Shown here: positions 36,089 to 45,187 of the stretch, one piece after another | Position numbering within the stretch: position 1 is the stretch's first letter | Layout: every line of letters begins with the position of its first letter | Assembly (NCBI GenBank): GCA_033764015.1 | Contig: JANRJK010000013.1 | Span: forward strand, 192,001-256,000 | DNA from: Candidatus Sumerlaeia bacterium | GTDB lineage: Bacteria; Sumerlaeota; Sumerlaeia; SLMS01; JANRJK01 | Direction: 5' to 3' | DNA length: 64,000 nt | Translations under genes and position numbers: made by a program | Notes under the pieces: generated by a model | Databases searched by the model: none | Seen by the model: only the letters and a program-made list of their open reading frames with translations | Told to the model about the DNA's origin: nothing

Positions 36089-37918
36089 GTGACCCTGCGA
36101 ACCCTCCTTGCGGCGGCCGCGGCGCTTTGCGCCCTCCCCGCCCCCGCCCAGCTCATCATCACCGAAGTCCTTCCCGGCGTCGTCACCTCCGGCGACGCCG
36201 GCGACACCGTCGAGCTGTTCAACGCCGGCGTCGCGCCTATCGACCTCACGGACCACATCCTGACCGACTTCGACGACGCGTCGATCGAGTCGAACCTCGC
36301 GAACGAGGGCACCTTCGCCCCAGCGTCGCTGTCGCTGCCGGCGCTTCAGCCCGGCGAGTTCGCCGTCGTCGTCTTCGTCGACCAGTCGCTGAACCCGACC
36401 CCTTCCTTCATCGAGACCAACTTCGGCCTGCGCATCATCGCGCCCGTCGTCCCGGCGGGGGAGAACCTCCTCTCGAACACCTACGAGCAGCTCGGCCTGT
36501 TCGACCCGGCCCTCGAGCCGCTCGACTTCGTCGCGTGGCACGACACCGCGGCGGTGCTGAGCCCCACGCTGGAGGCGGACACCCTTGAGGACCTCGCCGC
36601 GATCACCGGCCCCACCGGCGACCATGGCGTGGACGTCGCCACGCTGGCTTGGAACGGGCCGGACGCGATCCCGGACCTCGCGGCCTACCAGGCCAACACC
36701 ATCGACTTCTCGGCGGTGTCGGGTGCCTCCACCTACGGACAAGGCGTCCTCCGCCGCAGGTCCACCGCGGGCGTCTTCACCGTCTCGGCGCCGCGCGCGT
36801 CGACCGACTGGGAGGCGCTGCCGCGGGACCGCGCGACGCTCGGAAATGCCTCGGACGATGTGCCCACGGCGGACGGTTTCCAGCCCTTCCGCATCACGGA
36901 CGACTTGGCCGCGTGGGTTGGCGAGCTTGATTCGAGCTTCCACCCGGAGCGTCGCATCGCCCGCGGCGAGGACCTGCTGACGCCCGAGTTCGCCACGGCG
37001 GACGGCACGGACCAAGCCGCCTTCACCGCCATCATCGACCGGATGCTGGCGGGGGAGTACGAGGGCGCCTTCGCCGACGCCATCGCGCAAGGCTACGAAG
37101 TGGTCGAGTTCCTCGACACCGCAAGCAACCGCACGCGGTACCTCCTGCGCGAGCGCGTGATTCCCGGCGGCGCGGGCTTCCGCGGGCAGGGCATCTTCAT
37201 CGTCGACAACGGCCCGGGCGTGCGGAACGCGCTCTGCGTGCAGGCGCCGCACCCGATCTTCGACGGCATGACGTTGGACCAGGCCGGGCGGTCGCTCGCG
37301 TTCCTGCGCCCGCGCCTCGTGATGATCGCCGGGGCGCGCCGCACCAATGCGGCCGCGACCACCCTCTGCGACGGCACCTTCGCCGGCGGCGCGCCGTACC
37401 GCATCAGCGACGTCGCCCACCATCCCGACAACTTCTTCCACGCCACGCACGTGCACCTCGACGCGGCGCTGTCAGGCTTCACGGCGATCCAGCTCCACGG
37501 ATTCTGCTGCCCGGGCGACGCGGACTATCCGACGCTCACCGACGACGTGGTGGTTTCGAACGGCATCACCGCCGCGCCGTCCCCCGGGGGGCTTGCGGAG
37601 ACCATCGCCGCGCGCATCGCCGCGCAGAACTACTCCGCCGTCGACGGCATGCCGGGCGGCGACCTCACCACCGCGGCGCTGCACGGCGTTGACACGGCCG
37701 TGCTCGGCGGGACGAACAACCTCCAGGGACGCGTGACCAACGGCGTCGCCGCGGGCCTCGAGTGCAACACCGCCGCCGCGGGACCCGCCAGCGAGCGCTT
37801 CATCCACATCGAGCAGGACCCGGACGTGCGCGAGGAGCCGGATCACATCCTGACCGCGATCGACGAGGCCCTCTCGATCACCTCTCGCGTGGAGGATTGG
37901 CGGCAACTCGGGGAGTGA
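36089..37918 (+). CDS. Secreted protein: lamin-tail-like domain + putative zinc hydrolase domain; ends TSRVEDWRQLGE
   Basis: GGAG RBS, GTG start, signal TLRTLLAAAAALCALPAPA; QLIITEV...DTVELFN (LTD-like); QAPHPIFD, DVAH, IQLHGF, FIHIEQ. Confidence 0.7.
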   Translation: MTLRTLLAAAAALCALPAPAQLIITEVLPGVVTSGDAGDTVELFNAGVAPIDLTDHILTDFDDASIESNLANEGTFAPASLSLPALQPGEFAVVVFVDQSLNPTPSFIETNFGLRIIAPVVPAGENLLSNTYEQLGLFDPALEPLDFVAWHDTAAVLSPTLEADTLEDLAAITGPTGDHGVDVATLAWNGPDAIPDLAAYQANTIDFSAVSGASTYGQGVLRRRSTAGVFTVSAPRASTDWEALPRDRATLGNASDDVPTADGFQPFRITDDLAAWVGELDSSFHPERRIARGEDLLTPEFATADGTDQAAFTAIIDRMLAGEYEGAFADAIAQGYEVVEFLDTASNRTRYLLRERVIPGGAGFRGQGIFIVDNGPGVRNALCVQAPHPIFDGMTLDQAGRSLAFLRPRLVMIAGARRTNAAATTLCDGTFAGGAPYRISDVAHHPDNFFHATHVHLDAALSGFTAIQLHGFCCPGDADYPTLTDDVVVSNGITAAPSPGGLAETIAARIAAQNYSAVDGMPGGDLTTAALHGVDTAVLGGTNNLQGRVTNGVAAGLECNTAAAGPASERFIHIEQDPDVREEPDHILTAIDEALSITSRVEDWRQLGE

Positions 37919-40310
37919 GGCGGGGCCTCCGGGCTCCCTCGATGAGAGCGAGCCCGACAACGGCCGCGGCGAATGCCAGCGACACCGGGACCGTGAGACC
38001 CCAGCGCGGCGGGCGGTAGCGCCACTCGAACACCGTCCTCCCCGCTGGCACCGGCACCGCCTGCATCAGCCCGTACGCCACCGCGGTCGGGCGCCACTCG
38101 CCGAACTCGTCGGTCGCTTCCGGGTAGCGGTACTCGCATCCGGGCCAGTGGACCTGGCGGATCAAGAGCAGCCCCGGGCGTTCCGTCTCGAGGCGGAAGC
38201 GGCGGAACGACACTCCCTTGTTGAGTGGCGTGATCTTGCCGCGCGTCTCCAGTTCCGAATCGGGTGATGGAAGGGAAACGAGGTGCGGGTAGTCGGCCGC
38301 GATGGGGACCTTCCGCAGGACCGGCGGGGGCAGGACGCCGTCCTCGTTGCGGAGCCGCTGGTGCGATTGCCAACCTGCCGCGACCGCCTCCCAGGATGGC
38401 GCCCAGTCGAGCAGTGGGCGTGCATGCAGGAGCCTTGCGAGGAGTTCGCTGCCCCCCGATGCGCGCGCCTCCACCGCGATGCGCCCTCGCGAGAGATTGA
38501 GGTCCCAGTTCGCCAGGTCCTCGCCGCGCAGGAACTTGGTATCGATGTGGAAGTGGCTGACCCCCATCAGTTCGAGCGCATCGGGCGCCCGGAGGTAGAG
38601 ACTCCCGAGCCATGTGCCCCCATGGGAGCCGACACCGAGCGCTTCGGGCAGGCGGCGGCTCAGCATCGGGCAGGCGCCCGCGAGGTTCGGGATACCCATG
38701 AACACCGTGCAGTTGCCGGCGACGTCGGATGCGGGCCGGTTCGCGGGATCAAGCGGTGCGATCATCGCCAGCCGTTGGATCGTGGTTGGCTCCACTTTCG
38801 AAAGCACAGGGTGGGAGGCGGCGCTTGCGAAGAAGTCGGGCCGCCGCGGCACCCAGTCGAAGCGGGTAGCGATCATGCGCCATTCCGCGCACAGCAGCGC
38901 GGCGAGGGCGGCGACGCGAAGCCTCGGGAACCGGTTTCCAGCGGTGAGCAGCGCGAATCCGCCCGCAAGGAACGCCGCATGGGCGAGCAGCAGCGCGTCG
39001 CCGGACGAGAGGCGCTCCCACAAGGCGGCGCCTGTGGTGCGGCCGTCGAGGAGCACGCTACGGAGGAATGTCGCGGCGCCGATGCTCGCTACGGCGGCGA
39101 GCGCGAACCCCGCCGCCGCCGTGGCCGCGCGTCCGCGGGCCGGGCGCCTCCAAAGCCCCGCCAAGCCGAATGCGGAGGTGGTCGCCGCGAACGCCGTGGC
39201 CAGGAACATCCACCGGGCGGGGACTCGGAAAAGGCTGAAGGGGGGCGTGTCGAACAGGAGCGCTCCATAGGGGAGTTCCGTTCCGCCGGCGACCGCCAGC
39301 GCGATCAGCCCTCCTAGGGTGAGATGCAGCACCTCGCGCCGGCGGCGCCAGCGCGAGCGCAGGGCCAGCAAGAGCGCGGCGGCCGCGAAGACCGCGAAGA
39401 CGGGGGGGATGTGGTTGAGCTGCTCGGCGGCGTAGTTTGACCCGTTCCATCCCGCGAGCGGCAGGCCGTAGATGGACGGTGCCAGGAACATGGCAAGGTA
39501 CGAGGGGGGGAAGGGCCCGTCGGCCCACTGGGCCAATGTGAGCGCCGAGCGCGGCGTCGAGGCCGCGTGGTCGATCCCGGAGACCAGAAGAAACACCATG
39601 CACCCCGCCCCTAGGAGCCCCCCGAATGCGACCGCGGCGGTCCCGGCGGCTGCCCGCCTCGAAACACGCAGGCGTCCCACCCAGTCCCATCCCACCCAAA
39701 GGACCGCGAACAGCGTATGCTGCAGGTAGCCGATGGAGATGTGCGCCGCGAAAGCCGCCGCGAAGAGCGCCGTCGATCCCGCGGATGCCCGCCGTTGCGC
39801 GCGGAGGGCGAGCCACCCGATCCATGGCGCGGCGGCGCCCGCCTCGGCCATCGACACGTGTCCGGCGTGGGCGAGGAAGAAACCGGAAAGCTGGAAGGCA
39901 AGCGCACCGCAAAGGGCGGGTCCCGGCGCCAGCAACCGACCGCGCCTCAAGTAGAGCAGCATTCCGACCCCCGCCAGCAGCGAGTGGAACACCGCGAGCA
40001 CATTCCCCGCGTCCACCGGCGCCAATAGGAGGTAAAGGGCGTTCGGCGGGTAGAGCGCGCCGACGTAGCCGGTCGAGAAAACAGGCATTCCGGAAAAGAT
40101 GCGGTCGGTCCAAAACGGGAACCCGTCAGTGACCCAAAGCCGCGCAACCTCCGCCCGCCATGCGAAGAAGTCGCCGAGGCGCTCGTCCCACATGGTGCCG
40201 CCAGTGAAAAACTGCGGGGTCTGTGCGAGGGCGCCCGCGAGGAGCGCGAGCCCACTGGTCCACCGCCAGTCCCCAGCTGGTCGTTCCGCCGCTTCGCGCC
40301 CCACCGTCAC
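37878..40310 (-). CDS. Polytopic membrane protein, YfhO-like / GT-C glycosyltransferase
   Basis: PFWTDRIFSGMPVF..GALYPPN N-terminal motif, FSLFRVPARW, C-terminal LMQAVPVPAG...WRYRP plus TM; start approximate (GTG 40310). Confidence 0.75.
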   Translation of the reverse strand: MTVGREAAERPAGDWRWTSGLALLAGALAQTPQFFTGGTMWDERLGDFFAWRAEVARLWVTDGFPFWTDRIFSGMPVFSTGYVGALYPPNALYLLLAPVDAGNVLAVFHSLLAGVGMLLYLRRGRLLAPGPALCGALAFQLSGFFLAHAGHVSMAEAGAAAPWIGWLALRAQRRASAGSTALFAAAFAAHISIGYLQHTLFAVLWVGWDWVGRLRVSRRAAAGTAAVAFGGLLGAGCMVFLLVSGIDHAASTPRSALTLAQWADGPFPPSYLAMFLAPSIYGLPLAGWNGSNYAAEQLNHIPPVFAVFAAAALLLALRSRWRRRREVLHLTLGGLIALAVAGGTELPYGALLFDTPPFSLFRVPARWMFLATAFAATTSAFGLAGLWRRPARGRAATAAAGFALAAVASIGAATFLRSVLLDGRTTGAALWERLSSGDALLLAHAAFLAGGFALLTAGNRFPRLRVAALAALLCAEWRMIATRFDWVPRRPDFFASAASHPVLSKVEPTTIQRLAMIAPLDPANRPASDVAGNCTVFMGIPNLAGACPMLSRRLPEALGVGSHGGTWLGSLYLRAPDALELMGVSHFHIDTKFLRGEDLANWDLNLSRGRIAVEARASGGSELLARLLHARPLLDWAPSWEAVAAGWQSHQRLRNEDGVLPPPVLRKVPIAADYPHLVSLPSPDSELETRGKITPLNKGVSFRRFRLETERPGLLLIRQVHWPGCEYRYPEATDEFGEWRPTAVAYGLMQAVPVPAGRTVFEWRYRPPRWGLTVPVSLAFAAAVVGLALIEGARRPRLTPRVAANPPRER

Positions 40311-40436
40311 CTCGCTTATGCCGTTGCTCTCGAATCCGCCTCCGCCACTGTGGGGAGCAAATCGAATGGCGCGCCTAATGACCCCACAATTCAACGACGG
40401 TACCCGACGAGCCCCCCGCGCGCGCGGAGCGTTCCG

Positions 40437-41639
40437 GTGAGCGCACCCTCGATCCGCGCCGACGTCGTCGTCTTCGGCGGCGGCATCGCCGGCCTCTGGA
40501 CGCTCGAAGCGCTGGTGCGCGCGGGCTATGGCGCGGTGTTGCTCGAGGCGGCTTCGCTTGGCGCGGGGCAGACCATCTGGTCGCAGGGCATCATCCACGG
40601 CGGAGCGAAGTACACGCTCCGCGGGCTGTCGGACCGGCTGGCGCATGTGACGCGCGTGATCGCGGACATGCCGCGCGTGTGGTCCGAGGCGCTCGCGGGG
40701 CGCGGGCCCGGGCCGGACCTGTCGCGGACGCTGCTGCTCGCGCCCCATTGCCACCTGTGGCGCACCGGCGGCATGGCGTCCTGGGCGGGGATCCGCGCGG
40801 CGGGGCAGGTGCTCAAGACGCCTGTGGTCGAGCTGCCGCGCGCGGAATGGCCCGCCGCGCTCGCCGGCGTTCCCGGCGAAGTGTACCGCCTCGACGAGCA
40901 GGTCGTCTCGCCGCACAGCCTTGTCGCGGACTTCGCCACGCAGCACAGCGGGCGGTGCCTGCGCATCGCGCCCTCGCCGCTGGCCAACGCCACAGCGGAG
41001 GCGTCCGGAGTGCGCTTCGCCGCGACACTGCCGGACGGCTCGGAACTAGTCGTCGAGGCCGCGCGCGTGGTGCTCTGCGCGGGCGCGGGGAACGCCGCGC
41101 TTCGAGGGGCGTTCGGCCTCGATCCGCGCCGCCAGCAGATTCGCCCGCTCAAGATGGCCATGGTGCGCGGACCGGGCCTCACCGCGCTTCGCGGGCACTG
41201 CGTTGACGGCGCCAAGACGCGCGTGACCATCACGTCGGATACAGATTCGCAGGGCCGCACCGTTTGGCAGGTCGGCGGCCAGATTGCCGAGGATGCCCCC
41301 GGCATGGACGAAGCCGCGCTCCGGGCACGCGTCGTCGAGGAACTCCGCGCGACGATCCCCGGCGTGGACCTCGCCGGGCTCGAGGTGGCGTTCTACGAGG
41401 CGAACCGCGCCGAAGAGGCCACGGAGCAGGGCTTCCGTCCGGACGACGCCTCCGTGCTCGCGGAGGGCCCCGTGCTGACCGTGTGGCCGACGAAGCTCGC
41501 GCTGGCGCCGCGCGCGGCGGAGCTGGTGCTCGAGCGGCTCGCGGCGCCGCCCACCGGGCGGTGCGAACTCCCCGCCAACGCACCGCGTCCGGATGTGTGC
41601 CCGCCACCTTGGGAGACCGCCGCATGGACCCCCGCCTGA
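40437..41639 (+). CDS. FAD-dependent oxidoreductase (DAO/glycerol-3-P dehydrogenase-like fold)
   Basis: DVVVFGGGIAGLW dinucleotide motif, SQGIIHGGAKY, WPTKLALAP. Confidence 0.85.
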   Translation: MSAPSIRADVVVFGGGIAGLWTLEALVRAGYGAVLLEAASLGAGQTIWSQGIIHGGAKYTLRGLSDRLAHVTRVIADMPRVWSEALAGRGPGPDLSRTLLLAPHCHLWRTGGMASWAGIRAAGQVLKTPVVELPRAEWPAALAGVPGEVYRLDEQVVSPHSLVADFATQHSGRCLRIAPSPLANATAEASGVRFAATLPDGSELVVEAARVVLCAGAGNAALRGAFGLDPRRQQIRPLKMAMVRGPGLTALRGHCVDGAKTRVTITSDTDSQGRTVWQVGGQIAEDAPGMDEAALRARVVEELRATIPGVDLAGLEVAFYEANRAEEATEQGFRPDDASVLAEGPVLTVWPTKLALAPRAAELVLERLAAPPTGRCELPANAPRPDVCPPPWETAAWTPA

Positions 41640-42379
41640 GCGCCTGCCCCATCGCCTTCGGCGCGTTCAAGATCGGGCGCAACCAAGGCATCAAGTACCC
41701 CAGCGGCTACGAGCTGCCCTCCGACGCGGAGGCGGAAGCGCTGCTGAACGGCGCTCTCGATCTAGGCGTGCGCGTGATCGACACCGCGCCCGCCTACGGC
41801 GTGAGCGAGGAACGCATCGGACTCTACCTCGCGCACCGCCGCGCCGAGTTCTGGCTCTCGACGAAGGCGGGTGAGCGCTTCGAGGGCGGACGCTCCCACT
41901 ACGACTTCTCCCGCGACGCTATCGCGCGTTCGATCGACGAAAGTCTGGCGCGGCTCCGGACGGACCGGCTCGATTCGGTGCTGCTGCACCTCAATGCGGA
42001 GTCGGAGTCGCGCGACCTCGGGCCGGCCCGCGACGCGCTGCTCGCCGCGCAGGCGGAAGGCAAGGTGGGCTTGGTCGGCGCCTCGCCGGTGACGGAGGCG
42101 GGCCTGCGCCAATGCCTCCCTTGGGCGCAGATCCTGATGGCGGAAGTGAACCCGCTCGCCGCGCCGCTGGACGCGATCCTGGCCGGCCAGCAATCCGGCC
42201 GTGCGCCGGTGCTCGTGAAGAAGGCGTTTGCGAGCGGCCGCCTCGCCCCGGAGGAAGCGCTGCGCTTCGCGCTCGGCAAGGAGTACGTGGCCGCGGTGGT
42301 GGTGGGGACGCTCAGCTTGGAGCACCTTGCGGAGAACGTGCGGTTGGCGCGGGCGCTGCGCGGCGACGGCCCAGCGTGA
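41624..42379 (+). CDS. Aldo/keto reductase
   Basis: KIGRNQGIKYP, IDTAPAYGVSEERIG, STKAGE, SLARLRTDRLDSVLLH; overlaps upstream gene. Confidence 0.88.
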   Translation: MDPRLSACPIAFGAFKIGRNQGIKYPSGYELPSDAEAEALLNGALDLGVRVIDTAPAYGVSEERIGLYLAHRRAEFWLSTKAGERFEGGRSHYDFSRDAIARSIDESLARLRTDRLDSVLLHLNAESESRDLGPARDALLAAQAEGKVGLVGASPVTEAGLRQCLPWAQILMAEVNPLAAPLDAILAGQQSGRAPVLVKKAFASGRLAPEEALRFALGKEYVAAVVVGTLSLEHLAENVRLARALRGDGPA

Positions 42380-42682
42380 AGGCGTCCATGCGCAGCGTCT
42401 TAGCCCCGCCGCGCCTCCGAACTGATCGACGCGATTCGACACACTTCGACCAGTTCGCCGGGTAAGGTCCCCGTTGATGAATGCGAGGCTCTTCGCGCTG
42501 ACTTCAAGAGGTCCGGTTGGGTTGAATCTCCCGGCCAAGATCGGGAATTCCGCGGATTGGCCAATGTTTCCGCCCTCTTGAGCAAGTAGAGCAAGGCGGT
42601 GAGCCCCCGTCCCAACCATGGATTCGCGTGGTTCTTCGCTGGCCCGGATCATGCCCCTCCGGCCCCCCGAAAGGGTCCCGCG

Positions 42683-43717
42683 ATGCAACGCCTCTTGAAG
42701 ATTCTTCTGCCGCTTCTCGCAGCGCTTCTGCTCCACGCATCGTGGGGCGGCGCGCAAGCACAGACCCCCGAGGGGATCCGCCCCTACAAGATCATCGGCA
42801 TCGCCGAGGACGATCCGCGCTTCCACCCGACCGACGACCTGGTCTACGCCGCCTGGCGGCGTGTGGAGCGCAACGCCGCCGGCCTGCGTTGGGAGGGCAC
42901 GGTGCTGGTCGTCTTCCTTGAGTCCGAAGCGGACTACCTGCGCGAGACAGGCACGCGGCCGGAGCACTTCGCCGCAGCCGCCGCCCCGGCGCGGCAAACC
43001 GTCTGGATCAACCCCGCCGCGTGGTCCCGCGACTCCGCCCGCGAGCGGGTGCAAGTGCTCGCCCACGAGTTCGTCCACATCCTGCTGCACGACCTGCCCG
43101 GCGGGCGCGACCTGCCGCTCTGGGCCGAGGAAGGCATCGCGATGCGCCTCGCCAACCAATGGTCGCCGATCGACCTGGCGGACTTCGCGCGGGCCCGCCT
43201 CTTCGGGACGGTGCCGGCGCTCGCGGAACTCGAGCGCGCGTTCCCGCAGGACGCCTCCACCGCGATGGCGTACACGGTCGCCTACCACGCCGTCGGCGAG
43301 ATGTCGAAGGAGTACAGCCCGGGCCCGGAGCGCGTCGCCGTGCTGGTCAACAAGCTGGCCGATCCGCGGCAGGGTCCGGCCATTTCCCGGTCGCTCCGCG
43401 ACCCGCTCCGGCGCGATGCCTACGACGACGCGGTCGTCGACGCGCTCGGCGGCTGGGCCACGATCGGAGTCATCGCCTTGAGTTCCGGAAGCTCGCTCAT
43501 CGTCTTCGCGGCGTTCCTCACCATCGCCGCGTTCTTCGTCCTCCGCCAGCGGCGCGCCGCCGCGCTCCGCCGCGAGCGCCAGGAGGAGCCCTGGGCCGAA
43601 AGCCTCACGCGCCAGGACATCGAGGACATCTACGGCGAACCGGAGGGGAAGTGGGACACGGACGACAAGCCCGCGCCCGCCCGCAAGAATCCCTGGCCCG
43701 AGGCGGAGGACAAGTGA
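42683..43717 (+). CDS. Peptidase MA-like (HExxH) exported membrane protein
   Basis: Signal peptide; LAHEFVH...LPLWAEEGIA zincin/gluzincin motif; C-terminal TM and acidic tail. Confidence 0.8.
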   Translation: MQRLLKILLPLLAALLLHASWGGAQAQTPEGIRPYKIIGIAEDDPRFHPTDDLVYAAWRRVERNAAGLRWEGTVLVVFLESEADYLRETGTRPEHFAAAAAPARQTVWINPAAWSRDSARERVQVLAHEFVHILLHDLPGGRDLPLWAEEGIAMRLANQWSPIDLADFARARLFGTVPALAELERAFPQDASTAMAYTVAYHAVGEMSKEYSPGPERVAVLVNKLADPRQGPAISRSLRDPLRRDAYDDAVVDALGGWATIGVIALSSGSSLIVFAAFLTIAAFFVLRQRRAAALRRERQEEPWAESLTRQDIEDIYGEPEGKWDTDDKPAPARKNPWPEAEDK

Positions 43718-44118
43718 CCCCGCGCCCCCGCGTCCTGATCGCCTCCCACGACCGCGAGGCGGTGGACCAGCTCCGCATGCTGCTCGACGCCCGCGGCTAC
43801 CGGACGGAGGTCGAGCGGACCGGCCCCGCCTTGCTCGAGCGCGCCCGCTCCGCCCCACCCGCCGCGATCATCGCCAGCGTCCGCCTTCCCCGCCTGAACG
43901 GCTACGAGCTGCTCTGCGCCGTGCGCGCCGATTCGGCGCTCGCGAAGACCCCGGTGCTGCTGCTGTCCGATGTCACGACGGAGTCCGGAACCACCGATGC
44001 CGAGTGGGCGCGGCTCACGGAGGCGACCGCGTTCTTCACCGAGCCGATGGACCCGGAGGCGCTCCTCGGCGCCCTATCGGCGGCGCTCGGCCCTCAGAGC
44101 CCTTCCGCCAGCAACTGA
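43714..44118 (+). CDS. Stand-alone atypical response-regulator receiver domain
   Basis: GTGA overlap with upstream stop; RVLIASHD...PAAIIASVRLPRLNGYELL...TPVLLLS; phosphoacceptor Asp position is Ser. Confidence 0.78.
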   Translation: MTPRPRVLIASHDREAVDQLRMLLDARGYRTEVERTGPALLERARSAPPAAIIASVRLPRLNGYELLCAVRADSALAKTPVLLLSDVTTESGTTDAEWARLTEATAFFTEPMDPEALLGALSAALGPQSPSASN

Positions 44119-45056
44119 CGGATGTACTCCGCCTCGGCGCGGAGCCCCTCTTCCAACTTCACCTTCGGCTCCCAATGCAGTTCGCCGCGCGCCGCCGCCG
44201 TGTCCGCGACGGTGTGCGACACGTCGCCGGGCTGGCGGGGGAGGCGTTCAATGTTCAGTTCCACTTCGGCGACACGGGCCAGCGTGGCGAGCACTTCGTT
44301 CACCGTGACGCGGCTGCCGCCGCCGATGTTGTAGACGCCGCCCGGGCGCCCGTGCAGCGCCGCGGCGATGTTCGCCTCCACCGCGTCCGCGATGAACGTG
44401 AAGTCGCGCGTCTGCTCGCCGTCGCCGTAAAGCGGGATGCGTCCGCCGGTGAACGCCGCGCGCAGGAACTTGTGGAACGCCATGTCGGGGCGCTGCCCCG
44501 GGCCGTAGACGGTGAAGTAGCGCAGCGAGGCCGTCTCGAGCCCGAAGTTGCGCGTGTATAGCACGCACAGGTGCTCCGCCGCCAGCTTCGTCACTCCGTA
44601 GGGCGACAGCGGTTCGGGGCGGTCGGTCTCGTAGAAGGGGAACGTGTCGCGCTCGCCGTAGACGCTGGACGAGGAGGCGTAAACGATGCGGGGGGGCTTG
44701 GGCTGGTGGCGGGCCGCTTCGAGGAGCACCTGCGTGCCGAGCACGTTCCAATCGGTGTAGAGGCGGAAGTCGCGCCCCCAGCTCGCGCGGACGCCGGCCT
44801 GCGCGGCTTGGTGGAAGACCACCGAGACGCCATCCAGGAGCGCCGCCCAGTCCGCCTCCGCGAGCCACGCCTCGTGGAACGCGAAGCCCGGGCGGCCACG
44901 AAGCGGCGCGAGGTTCCGCTCCTTCAGCGCGCGAGCGTAGTAGTCGGTGAAGGCGTCGAGGCCCGCGACCTCCCACCCGCGCGCGAGCAGCTCGCCGCAG
45001 AGCTTGGATCCGATGAAGCCGGCGGCGCCGGTGACGAGTGCTTTCACGGTCTGCAT
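44094..45056 (-). CDS. NAD-dependent nucleotide-sugar epimerase/dehydratase (UDP-glucuronate 4-epimerase-like)
   Basis: VTGAAGFIGS, AAQAGVRAS, ASSSSVYG, YGVTK, RYFTVYGPGQRPDMA. Confidence 0.92.
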   Translation of the reverse strand: MQTVKALVTGAAGFIGSKLCGELLARGWEVAGLDAFTDYYARALKERNLAPLRGRPGFAFHEAWLAEADWAALLDGVSVVFHQAAQAGVRASWGRDFRLYTDWNVLGTQVLLEAARHQPKPPRIVYASSSSVYGERDTFPFYETDRPEPLSPYGVTKLAAEHLCVLYTRNFGLETASLRYFTVYGPGQRPDMAFHKFLRAAFTGGRIPLYGDGEQTRDFTFIADAVEANIAAALHGRPGGVYNIGGGSRVTVNEVLATLARVAEVELNIERLPRQPGDVSHTVADTAAARGELHWEPKVKLEEGLRAEAEYIRQLLAEGL

Positions 45057-45187
45057 GCCCCGGAACGAGTGTCGGGGCCATTGCCCGCCCGGGCGCGCAC
45101 GGTGTCCAGCGGAACGCGCGGGGAACCGCTTGCCGCTCCGCGCGCCGCGCGCTTTGCTCGCCGGATATCCCAGCGCGAGGCCCCCCG

